Below, piece by piece: positions 9,652-19,742 of a stretch of 64,000 bases of DNA (positions are counted from its first letter, which is position 1; each line of letters opens with the position of its first letter). A program made the translations under genes and the position numbers. A model generated the notes under the pieces. That model ran no database searches. It was not told the origin of the DNA and worked only from the letters and a program-made list of their open reading frames with translations. This DNA is from a virus. The DNA lies in the IMG/VR virus record IMGVR_UViG_3300022562_002256, positions 1 to 64,000 of that record. The stretch is one strand, 5' to 3'.

Positions 9652-10037
9652 GCGGAGCGATGATCGAGCGGCACGTTTTGGAAGCAGCGGCACAGGCCGG
9701 ATTTGAGGCCACACGCGTGCTTTTTGACCTCACTGACGGTCAAGGTCGGCCACGGTGGAGCGAAGCCAGCGACGACCTGCAAAGTGGCGCGATTTTTTTG
9801 GCACAGTCCGTGCTAGAAACCGACTCGTCGAGCGGCGCTCACGACGCGGAATGCACTAAACTTCGCAACGACGGGTGGCGCTGGGGTCCTGTGTGGGATG
9901 GGGTGGCGAAGTTGTCGCCTTCGTTGGTGCCATATGCCGACTTGCTAGCGGACCGCCGCGCAGCAGGCGAGTTGTTCCGCAACGTCGTGGTGGCGTTTGT
10001 GGCGGCGTGGACCGCCGCCACCGAGGTGCCGGCATGA
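9648..10037 (+). CDS. RyR-repeat-like domain protein
   Basis: AHDAECTKLRNDGWRWGPVWDGVAKLSPSLVPYADL. Confidence 0.65.
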   Translation: MSGAMIERHVLEAAAQAGFEATRVLFDLTDGQGRPRWSEASDDLQSGAIFLAQSVLETDSSSGAHDAECTKLRNDGWRWGPVWDGVAKLSPSLVPYADLLADRRAAGELFRNVVVAFVAAWTAATEVPA

Positions 10038-10555
10038 CCACGGACTTCCTCGCCGGTCGCACCACGCTGCGCTACTACCTCGACACTGAGTTCTACGAGG
10101 ACGGCCGCACCATCGACCTCATCAGCCTAGGCATTGTCTGTGAGGACGGCCGAGAACTGTACGCCGTCAGCCTGGACGCGGACCTCGGCCGGGTCAGCGA
10201 GTGGGTGAAGCGGCATGTGCTCACACAACTCCCACCGCCGGGGGATGCTGCCTGGATGACCCGAACGGCCATGCGCGCCGCCGTGACCGCATTCACGAAC
10301 GTGGGGCGACCAGAGGTGTGGGGGTACTACGCCGACTACGATTGGGTGGTGCTGTGCCAGCTCTTTGGTACGATGATGGACCTCCCCGATCACCTTCCGC
10401 GTTACTGCATGGACCTCAAGCAACTCGCGGTGTCGCTTGGTGACCCCCAACTCCCACAGCAAGAGGCGGGTGAGCACAACGCGCTCGAGGATGCGCGGTG
10501 GAACAGGCGGACCCACGCATTCCTCGGTCGATTGGCGAAGGGAAGGGGCCGATGA
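10034..10555 (+). CDS. DEDDh 3'-5' exoribonuclease (Rv2179c/RNase AS-like)
   Basis: YYLDTEF...LISLGIVCEDGRELY...WGYYADYDWV...HNALEDARW. Confidence 0.9.
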   Translation: MTTDFLAGRTTLRYYLDTEFYEDGRTIDLISLGIVCEDGRELYAVSLDADLGRVSEWVKRHVLTQLPPPGDAAWMTRTAMRAAVTAFTNVGRPEVWGYYADYDWVVLCQLFGTMMDLPDHLPRYCMDLKQLAVSLGDPQLPQQEAGEHNALEDARWNRRTHAFLGRLAKGRGR

Positions 10556-11139
10556 GCACCAGTGCGGCGTGCGGCGCGGGCAACCCTGACGTCGTGGCAT
10601 TCACTCGCGCCGAAGCCGACATGCTCCGGGAGCTACTGCGCTACACGCCGACGTTTAGCGAGGAGGGTGTCGAGTGGGCCAAGGGGGAGATCCAGGCAAA
10701 GTTGGTGGCGTTTCTGGAAGAACAGCCCCGCACGACCGTGGTCGACGATGGGCCGCTAAGCACCGACGAGGGGCGGCGAGACATTACCACCGCCAGCCGC
10801 CGGATTCTGTCACTGGACGCCGACGGCGACGCTGCCCCCCCGACCGAGGGCACATGGCGCCGAGCCACGGACTTCCTGGTGACGCTAGCGAGCGCAGTGG
10901 GTGACCCCATCCACCGGCTAGGGAAGCCGCGGATTTGGCGCGGGCCCGATCGCTCCATCGATCTCTACTGGGAAACGGGGGAGACCCAGCTAGTATTCAA
11001 TGTCTCCGCCGCCGGCGAGGCGACCTACTACGGGTCCGGGCCGACCTGGACAATCAAGGGCATGACGCGCGTCGGTCTCGTCGATGTTGACGCCGGCCTC
11101 CTGGAGGCAGTGCGCGGTTTAGCGGAGGGTGCGCGATGA
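10552..11139 (+). CDS. hypothetical protein
   Basis: Coupled ORF; C-terminal PRIWRGPDRSIDLYW module. Confidence 0.6.
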   Translation: MSTSAACGAGNPDVVAFTRAEADMLRELLRYTPTFSEEGVEWAKGEIQAKLVAFLEEQPRTTVVDDGPLSTDEGRRDITTASRRILSLDADGDAAPPTEGTWRRATDFLVTLASAVGDPIHRLGKPRIWRGPDRSIDLYWETGETQLVFNVSAAGEATYYGSGPTWTIKGMTRVGLVDVDAGLLEAVRGLAEGAR

Positions 11140-11882
11140 CCCTCGCGTGGGAAGCGCCGGCGCTGTGTCGCACGACCGTGGTCGATGGGGACGGGCTGCT
11201 CGGCATCCGGCCGGAGTTCTTCGGCGCCCCCCCCGACGTGGTGGGTGGCGAGGGTGGCGGGCTCGACATGACGGCGATGTTCCCGACGGGCATCATCGCG
11301 CGACCCCGCGACCCCGACGTCGACACGGATGGCAACCCGTCCGCCGGCGCAGCGGTGGTGTATGGGTACTCCGGCGACGCCGGCTATGCCGCTCCGCAGT
11401 TTGACTGGCGGCTCATCGGCGCTTTCCCGATGCCCGACAAGGGCGGAACGGTGCTGGTCGGCGACGCGGGGCCCACAGGCGTCGCCTGGCTTGCTCTGCG
11501 GGGCGAGGACGGCGTGGCCGAGGTTGTGGTGCCTGACGGCGCATCGATTCGTTTACGGGCCCCCAGCGGCCGAACGCTGACCGTCAGCGCGGCGGGCATC
11601 GACATGATCGGAGCCGTGCAGGCTGGGGTGCCATCCGGCGACGACCCAGGGTCAAACCCCGCGGCGGTGGCGATTGCGGCGGGGCCGCTCACCGACTTCC
11701 TTGCCAAGGAAGAGGCGTGGGCGGTGCAGGTGGATGTCCAGGTGGCGGCGGTGAGCGCGGCGCTTGGCATACCGATCACGCCGGTATACGCGGCGGCTAT
11801 CACCCAACGCTCGACGGCGGCTGGCACGGTAGCATCGCCATACCCAGCGGGCATGGCGGCGACGCGGCTGAACGCGCGCTGA
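11136..11882 (+). CDS. baseplate spike (Mu gp45/GpV-like)
   Basis: FPTGIIARPRDP...DWR...KGGTVL; lies in order between hub and wedge genes. Confidence 0.55.
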   Translation: MTLAWEAPALCRTTVVDGDGLLGIRPEFFGAPPDVVGGEGGGLDMTAMFPTGIIARPRDPDVDTDGNPSAGAAVVYGYSGDAGYAAPQFDWRLIGAFPMPDKGGTVLVGDAGPTGVAWLALRGEDGVAEVVVPDGASIRLRAPSGRTLTVSAAGIDMIGAVQAGVPSGDDPGSNPAAVAIAAGPLTDFLAKEEAWAVQVDVQVAAVSAALGIPITPVYAAAITQRSTAAGTVASPYPAGMAATRLNAR

Positions 11883-11942
11883 GGCGGTTAGCCTGTCAGT
11901 GCTCATCCCGGCGACCTTTCCTCCAAGTGCGAGAGCGGAGTC

Positions 11943-12635
11943 TCACTGCGATTGGGTGCATTGGCGAAGGACGTGTAAGGCGGCCTCGAGGCGCGTGACC
12001 CTTGCTCTGAGACGTGAGCACTCGTCGAGGGTCCTGTCGACGCGCTCAGCCACCGATTCACCGACACGCGCGCGATACCCGTGCTGTGTCAGAGTTTGTG
12101 CGATCGATGCAAGCTGATCCGTCGAGGATGGCGCGGTCTCGTCGCCTGAGACCGTTGGCCCGCAGCGATTGACCGCCAACCGCGCCACGGCGGTCACCGC
12201 ATCGTCGGCCGCCTTTCTTGCAGTGGCCATGGCGTCGAGGGCGCCACGGACTCCAGGGTCGTGGTGCTGCTGCTCGCGCGGTGCGCTGGCCCAGGCGAGC
12301 GAGTACGCGATGCGGGAATCAATGATGCGCTCGAAGCACGCTCGCGCGGCGGCGCGAGCGGCCACGAGGCGTGGCGCAAGTGCCGCCTGGAGGTACTTCC
12401 GTAGTGCGGCTGATGCGGCAGTCAGAATCGTCTGAGGGATTGTGCCACTCGGGTCCACGACATCCTCGCCGGTCCACGCTGCCTTGGGCACCAACTCCGT
12501 CCAAGGCGCCCCCGGCGCGGCGTACTCGATGCAGTTGAACTCGTCGACGATGAGTTGCGCCCCCTCGAGGACGACAAGCAGCCGGTCGGCATTGCTGTCG
12601 TCACCAACCTCTAGCACGGATACTGTCACGGTCAT
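11943..12635 (-). CDS. hypothetical protein
   Basis: Long ORF with coiled-coil C-terminus. Confidence 0.55.
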   Translation of the reverse strand: MTVTVSVLEVGDDSNADRLLVVLEGAQLIVDEFNCIEYAAPGAPWTELVPKAAWTGEDVVDPSGTIPQTILTAASAALRKYLQAALAPRLVAARAAARACFERIIDSRIAYSLAWASAPREQQHHDPGVRGALDAMATARKAADDAVTAVARLAVNRCGPTVSGDETAPSSTDQLASIAQTLTQHGYRARVGESVAERVDRTLDECSRLRARVTRLEAALHVLRQCTQSQ

Positions 12636-12662
12636 AACACCCTCACGCGGTTGTCGGTCTCA

Positions 12663-13283
12663 TCATCGAGCAACGCCGGCATCCTCAACCAACTCCTCCC
12701 ACCGCTTCCGCGCCGCTTCGTTGATGGCGGTCGCGAAATCAGGGATATCGTCCTCTGGCACCAGGTCCGGAACGAGGGGCTGCGCCTCGATCCACGTCGA
12801 CTGCCAGGACCCGGTCGGGAACGGATGAGCGGCCACGGCCTCGCGCTCCGCCCATGCCGCGCCCAGGTCACTTGGGCCCTGCCATAGCACAGCCAGCTTG
12901 ATGGCATCCATGAACGCCGCCGATGCCGCTCGCTGGGCTGGGGTCGCGGCGAGGACGTCGAGCAGACCTTGCGGTTCCGCGGAAGGGACGTGCATATCGA
13001 TTGCGGTACCGACCGACGCCGAAATCCGCCAGAGCCACTCTGGCTGGACCATCGCGTCGAACGCATCCTCCAGTGAACCATGGATAATTTCCGCCAACTC
13101 GGGGAGCCCATCCAACAACTCAGCGATTTGCTCCTTCGTCGGAAAGTCACCCAGAATCGCGGGACCGTCGACGGTCATGTAAGCGGGGCGAAACGACGGG
13201 TCTGGCAGCAGGCGGGCGTAGACGAACACCTCGCCGTCGACGGCGAGGGAGGGGTCGGTCAGGGCTCGGACAGGTGTGGTCAT
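12663..13283 (-). CDS. hypothetical protein
   Basis: sigma54-like motif 13297-13312 is 15 nt from ATG. Confidence 0.6.
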   Translation of the reverse strand: MTTPVRALTDPSLAVDGEVFVYARLLPDPSFRPAYMTVDGPAILGDFPTKEQIAELLDGLPELAEIIHGSLEDAFDAMVQPEWLWRISASVGTAIDMHVPSAEPQGLLDVLAATPAQRAASAAFMDAIKLAVLWQGPSDLGAAWAEREAVAAHPFPTGSWQSTWIEAQPLVPDLVPEDDIPDFATAINEAARKRWEELVEDAGVAR

Positions 13284-13292
13284 GGTGGTCTC

Positions 13293-13562
13293 TTATTGCA
13301 CGATGCGTGCCCGCTCGGCATACACTGCCCGGGCTCTGGTGCGCTGCTCTTCGAGCGCCCGGATGATCGGCGCGACCGTCTTGCGGACCAAGGCGTTCTG
13401 CCACCACGCCCCCTTCCAGTGGCCGCGCCGCTGGAGAAAGAATACGCCGTCGCACCATCGGATGCGCCGCCCTTCCTCCATCTCGTAGATTTCCCACTCG
13501 AGGCGTGCGGCGTTGTGGTTGGCGCCCCAGACGAAGCCCCCGGCACGGAGCGCCGCCGACAT
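13293..13562 (-). CDS. hypothetical protein
   Basis: Protein-like ORF. Confidence 0.5.
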   Translation of the reverse strand: MSAALRAGGFVWGANHNAARLEWEIYEMEEGRRIRWCDGVFFLQRRGHWKGAWWQNALVRKTVAPIIRALEEQRTRARAVYAERARIVQ

Positions 13563-13751
13563 CTGAGCGGCGGCGTTGGAGCGCGGCGTTGGACCAAGCC
13601 CTTGTTCGCAGCGCTTGCGTGCGACCGCGAGCCGCTCGTCGCGACGCGATGTCGCCTCGCGCTTCGGCCTCGCGGGCCTGCTCTTGTATGCGGTGGGTGA
13701 CCGCCTGACGTTCCTGGAGTGCGTAGTCGTTCATCATGGTCAGTCTCAACC

Positions 13752-14030
13752 TCAGCAGGCAAACGCTTCACCATAGCCACGGACGGCGCAGCCGTCGCCC
13801 ATGACGACGGCGGTGAAGAACTCTTCGATTTCTTCGACGGAGTAGCCAGCGGCCTCGACGCAGAACTCGACGGAGTAGCCGCTGATGCCCCCGCGGTTGA
13901 CATCGAAGTCACCGACCGTCTCCAGCCCGAGGCTGTTGATGATGCTCACCACCGTGTCCCCGGCGTCAAAGCTGGTTTCGGCTTCTACGGTCACGGTCAT
14001 CGATACGGCGGTCTTGGCGGCGGCGTTCAT
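13752..14030 (-). CDS. acidic hypothetical protein
   Basis: sigma54 motif 14044-14059 is 15 nt from ATG 14030. Confidence 0.6.
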   Translation of the reverse strand: MNAAAKTAVSMTVTVEAETSFDAGDTVVSIINSLGLETVGDFDVNRGGISGYSVEFCVEAAGYSVEEIEEFFTAVVMGDGCAVRGYGEAFAC

Positions 14031-14043
14031 ATCAGACGACACT

Positions 14044-14259
14044 TGCACGCTCCGTGCCACCGGCGTGGTGCCTGGATCATGCCAGCGCGCGCCGTGTGTT
14101 CAGCCTGGTTCTTCTGGACCATCGGCCCCTCAGCGCACCGTTTGCACGTCGACTTTGGCGAGTTGGTGAAGTTGGCCACTCCGCTGCCTGCGATCTAGCA
14201 CTCAAGTGGCTGCCATCAGGTGCCGGTAAATTCTGCCGGCCAAACGCAAAACGTGCGCC
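14044..14259 (-). repeat. intergenic cassette A, copy 1 (ends in sigma54 motif)
   Basis: Reverse complement of TTTGGCCGGCAGAATTTACCGGCACCTG...CAGCCACTTGAGTGCT...TTCACCAA...GCCAAAGTCGAC. Confidence 0.85.
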
Positions 14260-14880
14260 TTAGTCCCCGCCGTGACCGTGCCCCCAGAGGTTGCCGTGTC
14301 GCGAGTCCTCGCTGCCGTAGCCGTCATCATCCAAGTCGGGTAGCGGCATAGCCATCGCGCGGGCGGCGAACTCGGCGGGGGTTATCATGGCCCGAAGAGC
14401 ATCGGCCGCTTTGCGCTCCTCGGCGGCGAAGTCCTCTCTGGTGGCCACTACGGCCAAGTGCCCGGCGCCGATGGCGTTCATGGCCACCGCCTCGAGGATG
14501 CCAAGAAACCGGTCGCAACAGTCACGCACGGGGTCACGCCGTCTACCCCACGGCTTCGGTAGCGCCTTAATGAAGGCTCGCACCACGGGGATAGCCGCCC
14601 GGGCGCTCAACTCATTGTCGATCGGGCCCGGGACAGCGCACCCAAGGCGCTCGATGTATTGGCGGCCGATCTCGGCGAGTCGTGGTGCAAACGCTGCCAT
14701 GAGGCTGCGGCTGTGGCCGTCGACCCAGTGCGCCAGCCAGCGCATGTGGGACAGGTCGGTGCACTCGCGCCACACCGTCGCGGCGTCGCGGTCTCCAACC
14801 CACGTCCACAACGTGCCGTCTGCGCCGTGCGCCCGAAGAAAGTTGGCGAAGTTCACGCTGAACTCGGGTCGAATGTTCAT
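14260..14880 (-). CDS. hypothetical phage protein
   Basis: VWRECTDLSHMRWLA motif; ATGA overlap. Confidence 0.6.
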   Translation of the reverse strand: MNIRPEFSVNFANFLRAHGADGTLWTWVGDRDAATVWRECTDLSHMRWLAHWVDGHSRSLMAAFAPRLAEIGRQYIERLGCAVPGPIDNELSARAAIPVVRAFIKALPKPWGRRRDPVRDCCDRFLGILEAVAMNAIGAGHLAVVATREDFAAEERKAADALRAMITPAEFAARAMAMPLPDLDDDGYGSEDSRHGNLWGHGHGGD

Positions 14881-15227
14881 GATGGGATGATTCTGGAGCG
14901 AGTGTCGGTTGGCGCCGTCCCGAAACGATCGAACCAGCCTCGGAACCACACCCCATTGGGGAGACGAGCGTGGTGACGCTGGATGAAGCGCTGAACCTGC
15001 AGGCGGTCAAGCTGTGGATGACACTTGAGCATGTAGTACGGGGTGCGGTGGAACCAATCCAAGATCAGCCCAAGCTTCTGGACATGCGGCTCCAACTCGC
15101 AGAGACCCCGGGTGCACTCTGCGATCCACGGCTCGAATGATGTCGTGGTTAGGCCGTAAACCTCAAACACGGCGATGCCCTTACCGGAGTTGAAGAGAAG
15201 TTCAGAGTCAGCGGCGGTGCTTGCCAT
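14877..15227 (-). CDS. hypothetical protein
   Basis: sigma54 motif 15242-15257 is 16 nt from ATG. Confidence 0.55.
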   Translation of the reverse strand: MASTAADSELLFNSGKGIAVFEVYGLTTTSFEPWIAECTRGLCELEPHVQKLGLILDWFHRTPYYMLKCHPQLDRLQVQRFIQRHHARLPNGVWFRGWFDRFGTAPTDTRSRIIPS

Positions 15228-15241
15228 GGTCGACCGGCGCA

Positions 15242-15518
15242 TGCACACGCCGTGCCACCTGTGGGGGCGTGGTGTTCAGTGTTGGCTGTGGCGTTATGCC
15301 ACGGATTTGTTCCAGGGTCGCGCGCCGACAGCCACTTGAGTGCTGGTTCTGCGACGTGTGGCGGTCTGCCACACCGTGGCAACATGCCACTCCCCGCCGG
15401 CGCGGCTAAGTGCTCGAAATCATTGACGCGACGTGGATCAGCACCGATCCACACACGTAAGGCAACACACGGCCAGCGCGCCGCGGGGCTACCACACCAC
15501 GATGGCACGGACAGTGCA
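15242..15518. repeat. intergenic cassette B, copy 1, between divergent sigma54 motifs
   Basis: Three GTGGC-N5-GCCAC palindromes, CAGCCACTTGAGTGCT core, GTGGATC-N6-GATCCAC; near-identical to 46649-46952. Confidence 0.85.
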
Positions 15519-15549
15519 AGACAAGGCCATATAAGAAGGGAGCGCTACG

Positions 15550-15792
15550 ATGATTTTACGCGTTGTCGCCGAGCTGGGGACGGAGGAGATAGGCGACGAG
15601 GGACCGACCGGACGGGTCCGGGTCGTGCTTGTTGCAGAACTCAGGGATTTTGGAGAGAACCCGCTAGGGCGAGCGACGACGGTGCGCGGTGTGGCCCGTG
15701 TGCAGCGCCGGTGGCGCATCCCGACGCGATGGCGCGTGATCCGGGAGGGACGCGCCCTCAAGCCAGGTGAAACCGTGATGGCGATGATCTGA
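15550..15792 (+). CDS. hypothetical protein
   Basis: GAAGGGAG SD; downstream of sigma54 motif 15503-15518. Confidence 0.55.
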   Translation: MILRVVAELGTEEIGDEGPTGRVRVVLVAELRDFGENPLGRATTVRGVARVQRRWRIPTRWRVIREGRALKPGETVMAMI

Positions 15793-15815
15793 CCGCTGTT
15801 CACCGCCCCCCGGAT

Positions 15816-16784
15816 TTAGCGCGTCGGTCCCAGTATGCCACTCTCGCGCCCCCACCTCACCCAATCAGCAGCGGTTTCGCGGACGTTGCCGGCATGCTCT
15901 GGCAGCACGGGGTCGGCGCCGGTAATGGCCTGCAGCGCTGGCCCCCACAGCGTCGGCTCACGCTCCATGTCATCGAGAACCCACGGGAGCGCGAGTACTC
16001 CCATCGCGATGATCGCTTGGTATGCTGGGTGCTCCACGATTTCCGAAAGCGATGATGTGGCGGCCGTGTCGCGGCGCCAGCGTGCTGCCAAGACGTCGAA
16101 CACTCTCCCCGCGACCTCGTGTGCCGAGGCATAGGCGCGGTCGGGCAGACGCCGCTCGCTCATCTCGACTGCGATCTCCAATAGACGCCGCTCGACACCG
16201 CGGAGGTCGTCGTTTCCTTCCATGCGGTACTTGCGGGCGTACCCCATCCCGTCGAGGACCTCTTCATACAACTCGCGCCGGGAGTCGAGGCCGTCACTAG
16301 GACGTAAGGGGGTGCCGTACCGTTTGAGGCCCAGCGCCGCCCGCGCGTCGATGTCCCGGGCGAGTATCGGGTGCTCCGGCCGCACCTCCGCGCTGAGGAT
16401 GGCCATGATGTCTGTGGCGGCAGACAACGCTGGTGGCGCATGGTCGCTCGGCTTGGCAGCACCGCTGACACGCACACGGACGGTGTCCCCGGTCGCATCG
16501 ACAGCGGCGTCCCATGGCGAATCATCACCGGTGGGCGGGGGACCAGGTTCCCGTTTCGGTGTACCATAGAGGTAGTGGTCCACGTTGGCGGCGAGGTCGG
16601 TTGGCACCTTGGCCCACTCTTCGTCGGGCACCTCGCGCGCGAGTGCCTCCGCGATCTCTAAGAGCGACGGCGCCGCCGGGTCGAAAGGGATATCGTCGAG
16701 CCACGAACCGGCGTGATACTTCGCGTCTATAGGGCGGTCGAGCCCAGACGTCTCGCCGGTGTAGAGGTAACCCACGCCGTCCAT
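15816..16784 (-). CDS. multi-domain mosaic protein (antitoxin-like, nucleotide-pyrophosphohydrolase-like and C-terminal modules)
   Basis: EEWAKVPTDLAANVDHYLYGTPK; RAALGLKRYG...ELYEEVLD; HPAYQAIIAMG...ALQAITGADP. Confidence 0.6.
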   Translation of the reverse strand: MDGVGYLYTGETSGLDRPIDAKYHAGSWLDDIPFDPAAPSLLEIAEALAREVPDEEWAKVPTDLAANVDHYLYGTPKREPGPPPTGDDSPWDAAVDATGDTVRVRVSGAAKPSDHAPPALSAATDIMAILSAEVRPEHPILARDIDARAALGLKRYGTPLRPSDGLDSRRELYEEVLDGMGYARKYRMEGNDDLRGVERRLLEIAVEMSERRLPDRAYASAHEVAGRVFDVLAARWRRDTAATSSLSEIVEHPAYQAIIAMGVLALPWVLDDMEREPTLWGPALQAITGADPVLPEHAGNVRETAADWVRWGRESGILGPTR

Positions 16785-16786
16785 GG

Positions 16787-17125
16787 TTACCCCACGTCTG
16801 TGACGAAGTGCCACCCGGGCTCGTGGCCGTAGATCCCCAGCGACTCGGCCGCGGCGGTAACCGCGGCCGAGTCGTCGGTCGTCGGCACTCGACGAGGCGG
16901 CTGGGCATCCTCGCCGGAGCCCCACGCCATCGCCGTGCCGATGACCTGGAGCCCATAGTAACGGTGCATCGCATCGCCGTACTGCTCGACGGTCACCGTC
17001 GGGTGCCCGGAAAGCGGCACCCCACTCCCCTCGCGCTGCCATATTAGAAAGAGGGGGTCGGCGTCCCGGTTTGACTCCGGGATGAACACCCCAAAGGTCA
17101 CTGTAGCCGTGTAGATGAGTCCCAT
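16787..17125 (-). CDS. hypothetical protein
   Basis: TGGCGCGGCGCTTGCA at 17138-17153 is 14 nt from ATG. Confidence 0.6.
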   Translation of the reverse strand: MGLIYTATVTFGVFIPESNRDADPLFLIWQREGSGVPLSGHPTVTVEQYGDAMHRYYGLQVIGTAMAWGSGEDAQPPRRVPTTDDSAAVTAAAESLGIYGHEPGWHFVTDVG

Positions 17126-17234
17126 GCCACGGCGGCATGCAAGCGCCGCGCCACCCCACGTTTAGGGCGGCAGTGGCACGGGTGTGCTATAGACCCCCCG
17201 ATGCCCGTCGACGCCAACGACCAGGAGGACTTCC

Positions 17235-17699
17235 ATGGGGGCCGGTGAGTACCCTTGCGGCTTCGGCCCGTGCGGGCTGGACCCGCTCCCCACGGGCTCG
17301 ACGCCCCGGTCGCTGTCGCCCCCGGTCGCCCTGCTGTTTGACGGCGCGACCCGAGACTTCCCGCTCAACCCGGACACCGGGCGCTACTATGGTGTGACCC
17401 CCGTAGCGCAGAAAGTCGAGCTGGCGCTGCTCATCGCGTTGAAGGCGTTGCGCGCGGCGCCGGCCGTGGGGATATCGTTCGAGGATGTTGTGCCCGTCGA
17501 GGGCGACAAATTCCAGGCCGACGTGGAAGCCGCGGTGCGTACGGCGCTCGCGCCGATGCTCAAGGCCGACGAGATCGAGCTCATCTCGATCGTGGCAGCG
17601 TCGCCGGTGCGGGGGGGCATCCGGGCTGCGGTGACGTTCAAAGACCTCACCGATCCTGTTGCTCCCGCCTACACACGTTACCTATCACCCCCGACATGA
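17235..17699 (+). CDS. baseplate wedge protein (gp25/Mu gp46-like)
   Basis: AGGAGG SD; directly upstream of baseplate J; VEAAVRTALAPML...IELISIV. Confidence 0.7.
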   Translation: MGAGEYPCGFGPCGLDPLPTGSTPRSLSPPVALLFDGATRDFPLNPDTGRYYGVTPVAQKVELALLIALKALRAAPAVGISFEDVVPVEGDKFQADVEAAVRTALAPMLKADEIELISIVAASPVRGGIRAAVTFKDLTDPVAPAYTRYLSPPT

Positions 17700-17714
17700 G
17701 CGAAGGGGACGTCC

Positions 17715-19217
17715 ATGGCTGACTCGTTTCCCACCGAGATCGTCACCTACACGCGGGAACAGGTGCTCGAGAAGTACGCACGGGACTACCAGTTCCGCCA
17801 GCCGCTCGCGGACGTGGGGCCCGGGACACAGCCGGCTATCGACGCGGCTGTGTGCGCCGACGCACTCGCGGTCCTGCACGCCGACGCTGTAGTGATAGGC
17901 AACAACACCAAGGACGAGACGAGCACCGACCAGGCCGTTGACGATGCCCTCCGTGTTGCAGGGGTGCCCCCCCGCCTGCCGGCCACTGGCGCGGTGGGGT
18001 ACGTGACCATTACTGCGTCGGTGGGCGGAGTGAACATCATCGCCGGGAGCGAAATCAAGACAAAGGCCACTCCGAAGCGCTACCAGTCGTTCGTGACGGG
18101 GCTGTACCAGAACGGCGATCAGGTGTTGATCGGCGGCATCGACACGGGGCCGTCGACCAACCAGGACGCCGGCACGGTGATGGTGTGGACCTCCCCGCCA
18201 CCCGGGCTCGCCACGGAGGCCGTGGTGTGGGAGGCGAGCGACGGCACGGGGCTCACAGGGGGGCGACTCGAGGAAAGCGACGCTGAGGCCATCGCGCGAC
18301 TGATCGCGACCCGGGCCAACCCGCCGGCGAGCGGCAACGAGGCGGCGTACATCAAGGAGACCGAGGCTACGCCGGGGCTGGCAATTCAGAAGGCGCTTGC
18401 CTACCCCGCCTCGCCGGCGGGGCCGGGGAACATGAGCGTCGCCTTCCTGTTGCGGCCGGCGACGCCCGGGGCGAATCGGCTCCCGAGTGGGGCGCAGCGT
18501 GCCCTGGTGGCGGCCAACCTCGCCGCGGTGTTTCCCGGGGATGACGGGATCTTTGTCCTGGATGTCGTCGGTGAGCCGTTGGACATCCACTTCGGCGTGG
18601 CATGGAGAGAGTCCGCCGTGGGTTGGGCGGACAAGACCCCGTGGCCCCCGTACATCTCCGGCGACCCGGTGGTGGTGAAGACGGGGACGTCGCCGACGGC
18701 GTTGGTGGTGCGAGTCATCACCGGGACCGCAACGACGTCGCCGCAGACGGGGCAGACGGTAGCGTTTTGGAACGGGTCGACGGGGGTGTTTGTACCAAAG
18801 CGGATCGCCTCGTTTGTGACGCACGTCGCGGACCAGGAGTGGACTCTCACATTCGACACGTCCAATGCGGCGAGCGACACAACGTACGTGCCGTTCTTGG
18901 GGCAGACGGTGATGCCCTACTCCGAGAGCCTCGATGACGTCGTGAGCGCGGTGATTGCGCACATCGACGGCATGGGGCCGGGGGAGGTCGTGGCGGTGTT
19001 TCCGGACCCAGGATTGAGGCAACGCCGTACGCCTCGAAGCCCGGCGGAGTGGCCCCACGACTTGACCAACCGGGTGCTGACTGGGGTACTCGCGGTCGGG
19101 TCGATCGCCGACGCCGAGTTGCTGTACCCGTCGGTGCCTTACCCCGTGCCTGTGGGCACCCCAGGCGTGCTCGTGTACCTGTTTGAGCTGCGCGACTTGG
19201 CCCTGTTCGAGCAGTAA
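17715..19217 (+). CDS. baseplate J-like protein
   Basis: GPSTN...GGRLEESDAEAIARL...PPASGNEAAY...AYP...GPGNMSV. Confidence 0.9.
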   Translation: MADSFPTEIVTYTREQVLEKYARDYQFRQPLADVGPGTQPAIDAAVCADALAVLHADAVVIGNNTKDETSTDQAVDDALRVAGVPPRLPATGAVGYVTITASVGGVNIIAGSEIKTKATPKRYQSFVTGLYQNGDQVLIGGIDTGPSTNQDAGTVMVWTSPPPGLATEAVVWEASDGTGLTGGRLEESDAEAIARLIATRANPPASGNEAAYIKETEATPGLAIQKALAYPASPAGPGNMSVAFLLRPATPGANRLPSGAQRALVAANLAAVFPGDDGIFVLDVVGEPLDIHFGVAWRESAVGWADKTPWPPYISGDPVVVKTGTSPTALVVRVITGTATTSPQTGQTVAFWNGSTGVFVPKRIASFVTHVADQEWTLTFDTSNAASDTTYVPFLGQTVMPYSESLDDVVSAVIAHIDGMGPGEVVAVFPDPGLRQRRTPRSPAEWPHDLTNRVLTGVLAVGSIADAELLYPSVPYPVPVGTPGVLVYLFELRDLALFEQ

Positions 19218-19235
19218 TCGGAGACGACGAACGAC

Positions 19236-19721
19236 ATGACAACACCGACCGAGAACACGCTGGCCCTTGTCCCCCCGCGCCGGCCGACGGAGGACGACTT
19301 CGGGGGCGCCGCCAAAGAGAACGACGCGCAGTTTCCCCCCAACGCGCTCACCATGCCCACCGCAGAAGAGTGGAACGAGAAGGTTCGCATGCTCGCCGCG
19401 GCGTGGCGTGTGACTCCCGTGGCTGTGGTGCCGGTGACGTTCATCGCGGGTGCGCCGACGGTGGGCACACCCCAGTGCGGCAACCCGGCGCTGACATCGG
19501 CCACGTTCACGCCCACGGATGTTGGACCGGGGGAGACGACGATCGCGTGGCCGGCGGGGACATTCCCCTCGGCGACCGTGCCGCCCAAGGCGTTCATCGA
19601 CGCTGTGGCGGGGATCTGGTTTGCGCCGATCGTGGTGCCGGGCGTTGACTCGGTGACGATCAAGACATACGATTCGACATCGACTCCGGGCGACGCTGAC
19701 TTCACCCTGTTCATCTTCTGA
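19236..19721 (+). CDS. putative virion/baseplate-associated protein
   Basis: Follows baseplate J; beta-rich Thr/Pro composition. Confidence 0.55.
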   Translation: MTTPTENTLALVPPRRPTEDDFGGAAKENDAQFPPNALTMPTAEEWNEKVRMLAAAWRVTPVAVVPVTFIAGAPTVGTPQCGNPALTSATFTPTDVGPGETTIAWPAGTFPSATVPPKAFIDAVAGIWFAPIVVPGVDSVTIKTYDSTSTPGDADFTLFIF

Positions 19722-19742
19722 CCGTGGCGCTGGCGCCACGGC

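Noticed and set aside
17174-17189. sigma54 motif before the baseplate wedge gene
   Set aside because: TGGCAC...TGC spacing is one base short; the -24/-12 spacing is rigid
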